64,000 bases of DNA from Alphaproteobacteria bacterium (GCA_965232515.1 CBDDPY010000002.1:800001-864000); one strand, 5' to 3'. Numbered from the stretch's first letter, positions 20,403 through 29,845 are shown. Numbers and translations are program-made. The notes: generated from the letters alone by a model not told the origin.

Positions 20403-20486
20403 ATTGTCGCGCGACAATGTTTCCGTTGAGAGCGGCGGCGTTCGCGGCCATGGTCGCGCTTTGACGTCATTCCGAGGATCAAGTCG

Positions 20487-21629
20487 ATGAGCAAGGACGG
20501 CGATTGGGCGCCGGCGACGCGGGCGGCGCAGGCGCTGGGCTGGGTGGACGCGCGGACCAAGGCGGTGACGCCGCCGATTCATCCGTCGACCACCTTCGTG
20601 CGCGACCCCGATAACGAGTACCGCGCCGGCTACAGCTACGCCCGCGACGAAAACCCGAGCTACGACCAGGCCGAGGCCTTGCTGACGAGCCTGGAGGGCG
20701 GGGCCGGCGCGATGCTGTTTGCCTCGGGCATGGCGGCGGCGACGTCGGTGTTTCTGGCGCTGAAGCCCGGGGACCACGTGATCGCGCCCGAAATAATGTA
20801 CTGGGGCCTACGCAAATGGCTGGTGCAGACCGGCCGCCACTGGGGGCTGGACGTCGATTTCGTGCCGCCGGGCGACCTCGACGCGATCCGCGCCGCCGTC
20901 CGGCCGGGCGCGACCCGCCTGGTCTGGATCGAAACGCCGGCGAACCCGACCTGGACGGTGACCGATATCGCGGCGGCTGCGGCGATCGCGCACGAAGCCG
21001 GCGCCCTGCTGGGTGTCGACAGCACGGTAGCGACGCCGGTGCTGACGCGGCCCATCGCGCTGGGCGCCGATATCGTCATGCATTCGGCGACCAAGTATCT
21101 GAACGGGCACAGCGACGTCATCGGCGGCGCCCTAGTGACCGCGCGAACCGACGAGATGTGGGAGCGCATCCATACCCAGCGCCATGACGGCGGCGCCGTG
21201 CTGGGGCCGTTCGAGGCCTGGCTGCTGCTGCGGGGCATGCGCACGCTTTATGTCCGGGTCGCCGCAAGCTGCGCCGGGGCGCAGCGCATCGCCGAACACT
21301 TTGTTAACCATGACAAGATCGCGCACGTGCTCTATCCCGGGCTGCCGAACCATCCGGGCCATGACATCGCCGGCCGGCAGATGCAGGGCGGGTTCGGCGG
21401 CATGCTGTCGCTGCGGGTGGCGGGCGGCGGGGACGCGGCAATCGCGGCCGCGGCCAAGGTCGGGATCTGGAAGCGGGCGACGTCGCTCGGCGGCGTCGAA
21501 AGCCTGATCGAGCACCGCGCCTCGATCGAGGGCGCCGACACGCTGGTGCCGGACGACCTGCTGCGGCTGTCGGTGGGCATCGAGGATCCGGCCGATCTGA
21601 TCGCCGACCTGGAGCAGGCCTTGCGCTGA
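20487..21629 (+). CDS. Cys/Met-metabolism PLP enzyme (cystathionine gamma-synthase/lyase-like)
   Basis: FASGMAA, ETPANP, HSATKYLNGHSD, SLGGVESL. Confidence 0.88.
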   Translation: MSKDGDWAPATRAAQALGWVDARTKAVTPPIHPSTTFVRDPDNEYRAGYSYARDENPSYDQAEALLTSLEGGAGAMLFASGMAAATSVFLALKPGDHVIAPEIMYWGLRKWLVQTGRHWGLDVDFVPPGDLDAIRAAVRPGATRLVWIETPANPTWTVTDIAAAAAIAHEAGALLGVDSTVATPVLTRPIALGADIVMHSATKYLNGHSDVIGGALVTARTDEMWERIHTQRHDGGAVLGPFEAWLLLRGMRTLYVRVAASCAGAQRIAEHFVNHDKIAHVLYPGLPNHPGHDIAGRQMQGGFGGMLSLRVAGGGDAAIAAAAKVGIWKRATSLGGVESLIEHRASIEGADTLVPDDLLRLSVGIEDPADLIADLEQALR

Positions 21630-21693
21630 ATTCCGGGCCGCCGCGCGGCCGTCACAAAACTTTCGCCGGCTTGGCCTAGCGTTCGGCGCATCG

Positions 21694-22602
21694 TTGAACG
21701 ATTCGACCGAGCCTCAGGTGGGCGTGAAGACAGCCTTGCGGCCGCTGCGCCGCAAATACGCGGACCGGCGGCGCGCCAGACGCGACACGCCACGGGTGTC
21801 ATACGCCAATCCGGACGACCCGGCGCTGCGGCGGCTGCTGATCCACGCCATCGAGCAGGTGACCGGCCAGCCCCGGCTGACGCGGCTTTATCGCGAATAT
21901 CGGCGGGAAGGGGAGTCCGCCGACGACTTCTGGCGGGCCGCTGTCGGCAAGCTGCGCCTGAACGTGCTGTATGACGCCGAGCGGCTGGCGGCCATACCGC
22001 GGCAGGGCCCGTTGGTCATCATCGCCAACCACCCCTATGGCGTGCTGGACGGCATCGTCATCGGCTACCTGACCTCGCTGGTCCGGCCGCAGTTCAAGTT
22101 GCTGGCGCATAGCGTCCTCTACCGGGCGCCGGAACTGCAGTCCTTCGTGCTGCCCATCGACTTCACCGGCGGCAAGGCAGCGGTCCGGACCAATATCGAC
22201 TCGCGCCGTCAAGCGTCCGACGAATTGGCCAAGGGCGGCGCCGTGGTAATCTTTCCGGCGGGCGGCGTTTCGACCTCGAAGACGCTGTTCGGCCCGGCGG
22301 TCGATCTGGAATGGAAACCGTTCGCGGCGAAGCTGATTACCCAATCGCAGGCGACCGTGGTCCCGATGTTCTTCGAGGGCCAGAACAGCCGGTTGTTCCA
22401 GGTTGCGAGCCACATCAGCGGCGCCCTGCGCGAGGGTCTGCTGATCAAGGAGATCGCCAGCCGCATCGGCGCCGACGTGCAACTGTGGATCGGCGCGCCG
22501 ATCCCCTACGATGCTATCGCACATCTGCGAGATCGCCAGCCGCTGGTCGACCATCTCCGAGCGACGACGATGAGCCTGAGCCGCCGAACGGGCTATCCGT
22601 AA
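21694..22602 (+). CDS. Lysophospholipid acyltransferase family protein
   Basis: ANHPYGVLDG (HX4D), IFPAG; start uncertain. Confidence 0.85.
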   Translation: MNDSTEPQVGVKTALRPLRRKYADRRRARRDTPRVSYANPDDPALRRLLIHAIEQVTGQPRLTRLYREYRREGESADDFWRAAVGKLRLNVLYDAERLAAIPRQGPLVIIANHPYGVLDGIVIGYLTSLVRPQFKLLAHSVLYRAPELQSFVLPIDFTGGKAAVRTNIDSRRQASDELAKGGAVVIFPAGGVSTSKTLFGPAVDLEWKPFAAKLITQSQATVVPMFFEGQNSRLFQVASHISGALREGLLIKEIASRIGADVQLWIGAPIPYDAIAHLRDRQPLVDHLRATTMSLSRRTGYP

Positions 22603-22674
22603 GCGCTGTAGTGCGGGCAGGGGCGAGGCGATATGCTGCCGCGCCAGGGGGTTGCCGCGTAGCTGGGGAGCGCG

Positions 22675-23301
22675 ATGATCGATCTCTATACCTGGACGAC
22701 GCCGAATGGCCGTAAGGCATCCATCATGCTGGAAGAGGTTGGGCTGCCCTACGAAGTGCATGCCGTAAACCTCGGCGAACGCGAGCAATTCTCACCCGAG
22801 TTCATCAAGGTCAGCCCGAACAGCAAGATCCCGGCGATCGTCGACCGGGATGGCGAGGGCGGGCCGGTGTCGGTATTCGAGTCCGGCGCGATCCTGATTT
22901 ACCTCGCCGAAAAGACCGACATGCTGTTGCCGCGCGAGGCGGCGCAACGGGCCGATGTGATGCAATGGTTGATGTGGCAGATGGGCGGCATCGGGCCGAT
23001 GTTCGGCCAGGCCTTTCACTTCATCACCAGCGCGCCCGACAACGACTATGGCGTCAAACGCTATGTCGACGAGTCGTTGCGGCTGCTCGGCGTGCTGAAC
23101 GGCAACCTGGCCGAACGGGCCTATATTGCCGGCGATTATTCCATCGCCGACGTCGCCAGCTATGCCTGGATAAGGGCCAGCCTGCCCTTCCTGACCGAAC
23201 GCTGGCCGGAACGCACGGCCGGGCTTGAACATGTCAGGCGCTGGCTCGATGATGTCGGCGCGCGGCCGGCCGTGCAACGCGGCATGCAGATACCCGCCTG
23301 A
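22675..23301 (+). CDS. Glutathione S-transferase, YfcG-like
   Basis: WTTPNG, SKIPAI, FESGAIL. Confidence 0.9.
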   Translation: MIDLYTWTTPNGRKASIMLEEVGLPYEVHAVNLGEREQFSPEFIKVSPNSKIPAIVDRDGEGGPVSVFESGAILIYLAEKTDMLLPREAAQRADVMQWLMWQMGGIGPMFGQAFHFITSAPDNDYGVKRYVDESLRLLGVLNGNLAERAYIAGDYSIADVASYAWIRASLPFLTERWPERTAGLEHVRRWLDDVGARPAVQRGMQIPA

Positions 23302-23340
23302 CGGCCAGATCGGTAAACAACACCAAGAAGGGGACGACGA

Positions 23341-23961
23341 ATGATCGAATGCTACACCTGGAAGACGTCGAATGGCCGCAAGGCGACGATCATGCTGGAG
23401 GAGTGCGGGCTCGCGTACAATCTGCACCCCATCGACATCTCCAAGGACGATCAATTCACGCCCGAATTTATCGCCATCAACCCGAACAGCAAGATCCCGG
23501 CGATCATCGACACCGACGGCCCGAACGGCGAGCCCTATACGGTGATCGAGTCCGGCGCGATCCTGATGTATCTCGCCGAGAAGACCGGCAAGTTCATGCC
23601 GCAGGACATGGCCAGGCGCTACGAGGTGATCCAGTGGCTGATGTTCCAGATGGGCGGGATCGGTCCGATCTTCGGCCAGGTGCACCATTTCCTGCGCGCC
23701 GCCAAGGAAGAGGTGCCGTATGGCATCAAGCGCTACGGCACGGAATGCCGGCGGCTCTATGGCGTTCTGAACAGCCGCCTCGAGGGCCGGGAGTATCTGG
23801 CCAACGACGAGGTCTCAATCGCCGATTTCGCGACGCTGCCCTGGGTCTTCCGGCACGACTGGCAGAAGGTCGACCTGAACGAATATCCCAACGTCAAACG
23901 CTGGTACGACAACCTGATGGCCCGGCCGGCGCTGGCCCGCGGTATGGAGCTGCCGGCCTGA
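23341..23961 (+). CDS. Glutathione S-transferase, YfcG-like (tandem paralogue)
   Basis: WKTSNG, NPNSKIPAI, ESGAIL. Confidence 0.9.
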   Translation: MIECYTWKTSNGRKATIMLEECGLAYNLHPIDISKDDQFTPEFIAINPNSKIPAIIDTDGPNGEPYTVIESGAILMYLAEKTGKFMPQDMARRYEVIQWLMFQMGGIGPIFGQVHHFLRAAKEEVPYGIKRYGTECRRLYGVLNSRLEGREYLANDEVSIADFATLPWVFRHDWQKVDLNEYPNVKRWYDNLMARPALARGMELPA

Positions 23962-24449
23962 TGGCCGATCCGCGGGACAACAAATCCGTCCAGCGGGTCC
24001 AGGCCGCGCTGACGGCGGCGGGATCGGCGGCCGAGATCATCGCGCTCGCCGACACCGCCCGTTCGGCCGAGGACGCGGCGGCGAGCGTCGGCTGCGATCT
24101 GGGCGCGATCGTCAAGTCGCTGGTCTTCCGGGTCGGCGAGACGCCGGTGATGGCGCTGGTCGCCGGCGACCGGCAGTGCGACCTGAAGGCGCTGCCGGCG
24201 GCGCTTGGGCTCGAGGGCAAGGCCAAGCGGGCCGATCCTGACATGGTGCGGACAGCAACCGGCTTCGCCATCGGCGGCGTCGCCCCGATCGGACATCCCA
24301 CGTCGGTACCGGTTGCTGTCGATGCCAGCCTCGGTCGCTTTGAGACGATCTACGCGGCCGCCGGCCACCCATACTGTGTGTTCAGAACCAGCCTTCACGA
24401 GCTCGTCCGGCTGACCAACGGCCGGTCGAGCGAAACGATCGCACACTAG
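23961..24449 (+). CDS. YbaK/EbsC aminoacyl-tRNA deacylase family protein
   Basis: IVKSLVF, GFAIGGVAPIGH; TGATG coupling. Confidence 0.88.
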   Translation: MADPRDNKSVQRVQAALTAAGSAAEIIALADTARSAEDAAASVGCDLGAIVKSLVFRVGETPVMALVAGDRQCDLKALPAALGLEGKAKRADPDMVRTATGFAIGGVAPIGHPTSVPVAVDASLGRFETIYAAAGHPYCVFRTSLHELVRLTNGRSSETIAH

Positions 24450-24503
24450 ATCCAACTCGCTCTTTGCGGGCGCGGTAAAAATCGCTGTGGCAACGGCGTC
24501 CGA

Positions 24504-24519
24504 TAAACCGGGCGTTAAC
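24504..24519 (+). promoter_or_regulatory. Possible CtrA-type site
   Basis: TAAA-N7-TTAAC versus consensus TTAA-N7-TTAAC. Confidence 0.35.
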
Positions 24520-24583
24520 TAGCCCTGCGGAAAACTCTCTCTTGTCGGAACCTAGAACGGGGCTTTGGTAAGGGAGAGGACCA

Positions 24584-24853
24584 ATGGCGCTTCTGGACGC
24601 GCACCGCATCAGCGACTACGAGAAAGCAGCCGACAAAGGGCTGCCGGACGCACAATTCAATCTTGGGCTGGCCTACTCGACCGGCAAGGGCGTGCCGCTG
24701 GATTACGTCGCGGCACACAAATGGCTGAACCTGGCCGCCGTCAAAGGCAGCGAGGAAGCCCGTCAGCTCCGCTGTGAGCTTGCCGCCTCGATGAGCACGC
24801 AGGAAATCGCCGAGGCCCAGCGCCTGGCGCGGGAGTGGATGTCGACCCACTGA
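24584..24853 (+). CDS. Small Sel1-repeat protein
   Basis: AQFNLGLAYSTGKGVPLD, AHKWLNLAA. Confidence 0.85.
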   Translation: MALLDAHRISDYEKAADKGLPDAQFNLGLAYSTGKGVPLDYVAAHKWLNLAAVKGSEEARQLRCELAASMSTQEIAEAQRLAREWMSTH

Positions 24854-25003
24854 GCCGACGCCGCACAAATACCGGGATAATTTGACGCGTTAACGCGCGG
24901 CGACAGCGACGGTCGTCCGCGCGTGACGGACCGCGCCTTTTCTGGCGGCCCGGCCGTTCAATCGCCGAGCCACCGTCTGCGTGAAAGCCGGACCCGGAAC
25001 CGC

Positions 25004-25303
25004 TTATGCGGCCGGTTCAAGCGCGACTTTTGGGATGCTTTCCCAGGCTTCACCAGCCGCGACCAGGCAGGCAACGCCCTGCGGGTTGGTGATGATGATC
25101 GACCAGGTGCCCGACTTCGAGGTCAGGACTTCGATCATGTTGCCGTTGCTGACCAGGCCGAGAGCCTGACGGCTTTCCGAATGGCGGTCACCGAGAAGTT
25201 TGACCATGCTGTCGCGGTCGGTGCAGACACCCTGGGCCACGGCCGGCGTGGCGGGAACGAGTGCCATCAGGGCCACCGCCAGCAAGAATGCTTTGCGTTT
25301 CAT
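25004..25303 (-). CDS. Small secreted hypothetical protein with two Cys
   Basis: Signal peptide, strong AGGAGGG RBS. Confidence 0.8.
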   Translation of the reverse strand: MKRKAFLLAVALMALVPATPAVAQGVCTDRDSMVKLLGDRHSESRQALGLVSNGNMIEVLTSKSGTWSIIITNPQGVACLVAAGEAWESIPKVALEPAA

Positions 25304-25550
25304 TTGACCCTCCTTTCATGGACACGACAAGTAATTCCCTGCCGCTTTCCCGACGATAAGCCAGTCGCCTTAAGGAGTTATGAAAAATGGGGGCGGTTTT
25401 TCCTCATGAAAACGTGAGGTTATTAAATTGAACAATAACAATTGTGAGGTGAAAATTATGTCATGGTTAACAAAATATTCCGGTTCTGAAAGACAAACAG
25501 GCGTGATTTTCACGTGAAACCTTAGCTGTCGGTCAATCCTGCGTGCCGGC

Positions 25551-26441
25551 TTAAGGGTCCGATTCCATGAATTCCGCGATCGCCGCCGTGGTCTCGTCCG
25601 GCGCCTCCTCGGGCAGGAAATGGCCGGACAGGATCGGCCGGCCGTCGACATCGTCGGCCCAGGACGTCCAGATCTCGAGCGTCGACAGACGGCGGTCGTC
25701 CATGCGCTTCTGTCCCCATAGCGCCAGCATCGGGCAGGCGATGCGGCGGCCGGCCTCCCGGTCGGCTCGGTCGTAATCGAGATCGCAGGTCAGGCCGGCG
25801 CGGTAGTCCTCGCAAGTCGCCTCGATCACGGAAGGCTGGCGAAAGCAGCGTTTGTATTCGGCCACCGCCTCCGGCGCGAATTGGCTCGCCGGCGCCCTCC
25901 AGCTGTTCAACAGGGACTCCAGATAGAAGTCCGGGTCGTGCCCGATCATGGTTTCGGGCAACCCCCGCGGCTGGGCCAGAAAGAACCAGTGGTAGCTGTT
26001 GACCGCCAGCGGCAGCCGGGTGCGTTCGGCCATCTCCAGCGTCGGGATGATGTCGAGCGTGACCAGCCGGCGAACGGCGGCCGGGTGGTCGAGCGTCAGG
26101 CGATAGGCGACGCGGCCGCCGCGGTCGTGTCCGACCAGACCGAACGCGGCGAAACCGAGCTCTGCCATGACCTGGACCATGTCGGCCGCCATCGCGCGTT
26201 TGCCGTAGGCGGTGTGGTCGTCGCCGGGCGCCGGGCCGGTGCTGTCGCCATAGCCGCGCAGATCGGGCGCCACGACGGTGAACTGCTCGGCCAGCCTGGG
26301 CGCGACCAGATGCCAGCAGACATGGGTCTGCGGGTAGCCGTGCAGCAGCAGGAGCGGGGGGCCGTCGCCACCGATCAACAGGTTGATCTCGGCCCCGTCC
26401 GTGCCGATCCGCCGCCGCTGAAATCCCTCGAACATCGCCAT
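25551..26441 (-). CDS. Alpha/beta hydrolase, fluoroacetate/haloacetate dehalogenase-like
   Basis: HGYPQT, GHDRGGR, YHWFF, EDYRA, GHFLPEE; GGAGG RBS before MAMFEG. Confidence 0.85.
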   Translation of the reverse strand: MAMFEGFQRRRIGTDGAEINLLIGGDGPPLLLLHGYPQTHVCWHLVAPRLAEQFTVVAPDLRGYGDSTGPAPGDDHTAYGKRAMAADMVQVMAELGFAAFGLVGHDRGGRVAYRLTLDHPAAVRRLVTLDIIPTLEMAERTRLPLAVNSYHWFFLAQPRGLPETMIGHDPDFYLESLLNSWRAPASQFAPEAVAEYKRCFRQPSVIEATCEDYRAGLTCDLDYDRADREAGRRIACPMLALWGQKRMDDRRLSTLEIWTSWADDVDGRPILSGHFLPEEAPDETTAAIAEFMESDP

Positions 26442-26865
26442 GCCTCCGACCTGTGCGCCGACATGATAATCGAAGCCGGCGCCGGCCGGGATGGCGTGTC
26501 CGTCAGCCGGCCAGATAGAGGCCGATGCAGCAGGCCAGCAACACCGTGCCGGCGACGGCCCAGCTGCTGGCGATGGCTTTCCACCCGATTTGGCGCATGG
26601 TGTGTGTCCTTTGCGGGCCGCGAACGAGCCTCGCGGCACAGGACCTCTTCGATCGAGCTTACGGTTGCGAACGGCGGCGCCCCAATCAAGCCGGATCAAA
26701 GCCGCGCGACGCATACTCGCGCTGGCGTGAAGTGGGGCCCAAGGCAAATCCCGCCAATTCGTGAACACGGCGTGTTTGGACCGATGGTTCGGCCGCCACC
26801 ATGTCCATGTCGTTAACCCAGCAGGCGCCGGTTCGGCGGCGCCGCCCGACGAGGAGGACCGATTC

Positions 26866-27243
26866 ATGATCGACAGCGCAAGGCACCTGGCGCCGGCCGT
26901 GATCGCTTTCACCCTGGCATTCGCCGCCATTGGCACCGCGAACGCCCGCATCGTCGACGCGCCGGCCCTGACTGTCGGATCTTCGCTGACGGATGGCTCG
27001 GCGAGCGGTCTGGACGTCCTGAATGTCGGATTTCACAAGAAGCGCTTCGGTCACAAGCGTTTCGGCCGGCATCATCACGGCAAGCGGTTCGGCTTCCGGA
27101 AGTTCGGACATCGCGGTTTCGGGCACCATGGCTTCAGATACAGGCATTTCGGCCCGCAACACGGGCATGGTTACGTGGCGAAAAACCCGTATTTCGGCAA
27201 AAAGGGTCTTTTCTTCAAAAAGCGCTTCGGCAAGCACCACTGA
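26866..27243 (+). CDS. Secreted protein with cationic His/Lys/Arg/Phe-Gly repeat tail
   Basis: GAGGAGG RBS, signal peptide, repeated (K/R)RFG(H). Confidence 0.7.
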   Translation: MIDSARHLAPAVIAFTLAFAAIGTANARIVDAPALTVGSSLTDGSASGLDVLNVGFHKKRFGHKRFGRHHHGKRFGFRKFGHRGFGHHGFRYRHFGPQHGHGYVAKNPYFGKKGLFFKKRFGKHH

Positions 27244-27249
27244 GATGGG

Positions 27250-28440
27250 CTAACGGCGTCCGGCCACCAGGCGGTCAGCGAACACACAGACCAGACCGCA
27301 GACGGCAATAACCGCGGCCATCGGTACCGCCGTGTCGTCGTGCAACTGGCCGACGGCAGCGCCAGCGATGGCGCCGAAACCGAACTGCGCCGCGCCGAAG
27401 ACGGCGGCAACGCTGCCGGCTTTGTGGGGGAAATCGGCGGTGGCGCGCGCCATCGCGTTGGCGCCGATGAGACTGAGGGGAGCGACGTAGAAGAACAGCG
27501 GTAGAACGATGCCGATCAGGCCGCCCACACCGGTCCAGGCGGTCGTCAGCAGCGCCGCGCCGGCCAGCACCAGTATGCCTGTGCCGACCGCCATCAACCG
27601 ATGGGCGCCGAAGCGCAACACCAGGCGACCGTTCAGATAGGCGCCGGCCATCAAGCCGATCACATTGAGGCCGAACAGGTAGCCGTAGTTCGCCGGCGAC
27701 ACGCCGAACAGCTCGATGTAGACGAACGGCGTGCCCGAGATGTAGGCGAACATGCCGGCGAACGCGCTGCCGCCGGCCAGGATGCAGCCCACAGCCTTGC
27801 GGTTGACCAGAATCTCGCCATAGCCGACAAACGTATGCAGCAGGCCGCGTTTGCTCCGGCGTTCTGGCGGGTTGGTTTCGTCGAGCCAGAACAGCACGGC
27901 GGCGAAGCAAACCAGCCCGAAGCCGGTCAGCACCCAGAAAATCGCCCGCCAGCCGAAGAAGGTCAGAACCTGGCCGCCGACCAGCGGGGCCAGAAGCGGC
28001 GCCAGGCCGGTGATCAGCGTCATGAACGACAGCATCCGGGCCCCACGGTCCGTGTCGAACTTGTCGCGAACGATGGCGCGGGCCACGACCGTGCCGGCGC
28101 CGCCGCCGAGCGCGTGCAAGAGACGATAGGCGATCAGGTTGTCGACATCCGGACTGAGCGCGCAGAGCGCCGATGTGATGACGTATAGGGCAATGCCCGA
28201 CAGCAGCATCGGCCGACGGCCGTAACGATCCGACAGCGGCCCATAGACCAATTGGCCGAAAGCGAAACCGATGAAAAAGGCGCTGAGGGTGAGCTGAACG
28301 TCCGCCGCGGTCGCCGACAGATCCCGCCCGATCGCCGGCAGGCTTGGCAGATACATATCGACCGACATCGGCCCGAAGGCCGCAAGCAGGCCCAGGATCC
28401 AGATCAGCGGCGGGCCCGTGCGACGGCCGTCCGTAGTCAT
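27250..28440 (-). CDS. Bcr/CflA family MFS efflux transporter
   Basis: DMYLPSLP, GPLSDRYGRRP. Confidence 0.9.
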   Translation of the reverse strand: MTTDGRRTGPPLIWILGLLAAFGPMSVDMYLPSLPAIGRDLSATAADVQLTLSAFFIGFAFGQLVYGPLSDRYGRRPMLLSGIALYVITSALCALSPDVDNLIAYRLLHALGGGAGTVVARAIVRDKFDTDRGARMLSFMTLITGLAPLLAPLVGGQVLTFFGWRAIFWVLTGFGLVCFAAVLFWLDETNPPERRSKRGLLHTFVGYGEILVNRKAVGCILAGGSAFAGMFAYISGTPFVYIELFGVSPANYGYLFGLNVIGLMAGAYLNGRLVLRFGAHRLMAVGTGILVLAGAALLTTAWTGVGGLIGIVLPLFFYVAPLSLIGANAMARATADFPHKAGSVAAVFGAAQFGFGAIAGAAVGQLHDDTAVPMAAVIAVCGLVCVFADRLVAGRR

Positions 28441-28543
28441 CTATTCCCCCTGATCGAGCGGAAGCGCTCGCGGTCATTGTGGCATCCGGCGACCGCGATG
28501 TCCTGGCGGCGATGCGCTTGGATCTTGTCTTGGACACACTTAT

Positions 28544-28558
28544 GTTCTATTTTTGTTC
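28544..28558 (+). promoter_or_regulatory. Alphaproteobacterial LexA (SOS) box
   Basis: GTTC-TATTTTT-GTTC, exact GTTC-N7-GTTC, 28 nt before an ATG. Confidence 0.8.
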
Positions 28559-28586
28559 TCATAATGTGAGATAACGAGAAGAGCAA

Positions 28587-28826
28587 ATGCGACGCACAAC
28601 CAGAAAGACGGGCCTCGTTGACAAGACCCCGGTGCTCAATGCCATGGCCGGCTGCCGACAAGCCATGGTGACGCTGCGCCAATCCTATGCGTTCAAGACG
28701 GCGATCTATCGCGAGGCCGGCAGCCTGATCGAGCAGATGGACGACATGGCACTGCTGCTGACCGGAAAGCGCGACTACTTCCTGCCCCGGCCGCATGCGA
28801 CGCATGGCGGCGGCGGTGAAAATTGA
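28587..28826 (+). CDS. Small hypothetical protein, putatively SOS-regulated
   Basis: 79 aa, purine-rich RBS, LexA box upstream. Confidence 0.7.
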   Translation: MRRTTRKTGLVDKTPVLNAMAGCRQAMVTLRQSYAFKTAIYREAGSLIEQMDDMALLLTGKRDYFLPRPHATHGGGGEN

Positions 28827-28908
28827 CGTCAGGTTTTTGTTCGAATTCAGAGGGTTTCCGACATTTCCTGAATGTAATTATGAGAAAACCGCCAAAACCT
28901 TCAGCCTT

Positions 28909-28992
28909 GTCATCCTGGCGAAGGCCAGGATCCAGCGGCATCGCAACCTCTTGAAAAACACAAGAATGGATCCTGGCCTTCGCCAGGATGAC
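28909..28992. repeat. REP/RPE-like inverted-repeat element
   Basis: 26-bp perfect IR GTCATCCTGGCGAAGGCCAGGATCCA; each arm is itself a hairpin. Confidence 0.82.
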
Positions 28993-29053
28993 GGCTGAGG
29001 TGGCTTTGATGCGGGCTCCCACGCCGGCATGAAACGTGGTCGAGTGTCCTGGT

Positions 29054-29662
29054 CTAGTCGAACAGCGAGGCCTGGGCCTTTTTCGGGGGCTGGGGCGCGG
29101 ACTCTTCGACGGCCAAGTCGCCTTCGTAGGGGCGCAACAGTTCCTTTCGGCCCTCGACCAGCCAGGCGCCGTATTCGTCGGGGCGCAGGATCGCCGGCAT
29201 GCGGTGGTGGTAGCCGGCGACGAGCGTGTTCGGCTCGGTCACGATCATGGTGCAGGCCATAACGGGACCGTCGGGGCCGGCGCTCTGCTCCCAGAGGCCG
29301 GCAATGGCGTAGGGGGCGCCGTCCGGCATGCGAAAGGCGAAGCGGGTCTTGCCGCCTTTCGGTCCCGTCCACTCGTAGAACGCTTCGAGCGGCAACAGAC
29401 AGCGGCGCTCGCGGAAAGCCTTGGCCCAGAGCGGCTTGCCGTCGACGGTCTCGGCCCGGGCGTTGTTCAGCTTGTCGCTGAATGGCCGGATGAAGCCCCA
29501 GCGCATCTCGGCGACGATCCGGGCCTCGCCGTCGAGCCGAATCGCGAGCGTCGGCCGTCCGGGGTAGATATCGCCGTACTCCGGCAGGTTGGGACTGTTC
29601 TGTATATCGAACAATCGGCGAAGCGCATCGACCGACGTGGTCACGGTGTAAGCATTGCACAT
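29054..29662 (-). CDS. SOS response-associated peptidase (SRAP/YedK)
   Basis: N-terminal MC, MRWG, NARAET, FYEW, HHRMP. Confidence 0.9.
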   Translation of the reverse strand: MCNAYTVTTSVDALRRLFDIQNSPNLPEYGDIYPGRPTLAIRLDGEARIVAEMRWGFIRPFSDKLNNARAETVDGKPLWAKAFRERRCLLPLEAFYEWTGPKGGKTRFAFRMPDGAPYAIAGLWEQSAGPDGPVMACTMIVTEPNTLVAGYHHRMPAILRPDEYGAWLVEGRKELLRPYEGDLAVEESAPQPPKKAQASLFD

Positions 29663-29740
29663 GCCGGGAAATTAGCCCGTATTTCTCACCACGACCATGG
29701 TCTGTGCGGTGCTGTGCCGCCGACGCCCCATGTCGCCGGC

Positions 29741-29845
29741 AGAAAAGAGCCGGGACGCGCGTGGCGCCCCGGCAGTCCAACAGGGAGGTAACAACTCACG
29801 TCACTCGCGACGATGAGAGGCGTCGGCGTGTCGCTGACGTCACTC
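29741..29845 (-). ncRNA. Candidate suhB/alpha-r8(MmgR)-like small RNA, copy 1
   Basis: GUUACCUCCCUGUUGGACU, then a GC hairpin and UCUUUUCU; 5' end estimated. Confidence 0.55.

Noticed and set aside
26450-26860. Short ORFs in the gap between the dehalogenase and the FG-repeat gene
   Set aside because: No RBS, motif or convincing codon bias.
27030-27240. Repeated AAGCGCTTCGG-like units as a CRISPR or DNA repeat array
   Set aside because: Short, irregular and in frame; explained by the peptide repeat, with no spacers or cas genes.
29597-29612. GTTC-N8-GAAC palindrome inside SRAP as a LexA site
   Set aside because: Wrong geometry for the alphaproteobacterial direct-repeat box, and intragenic.
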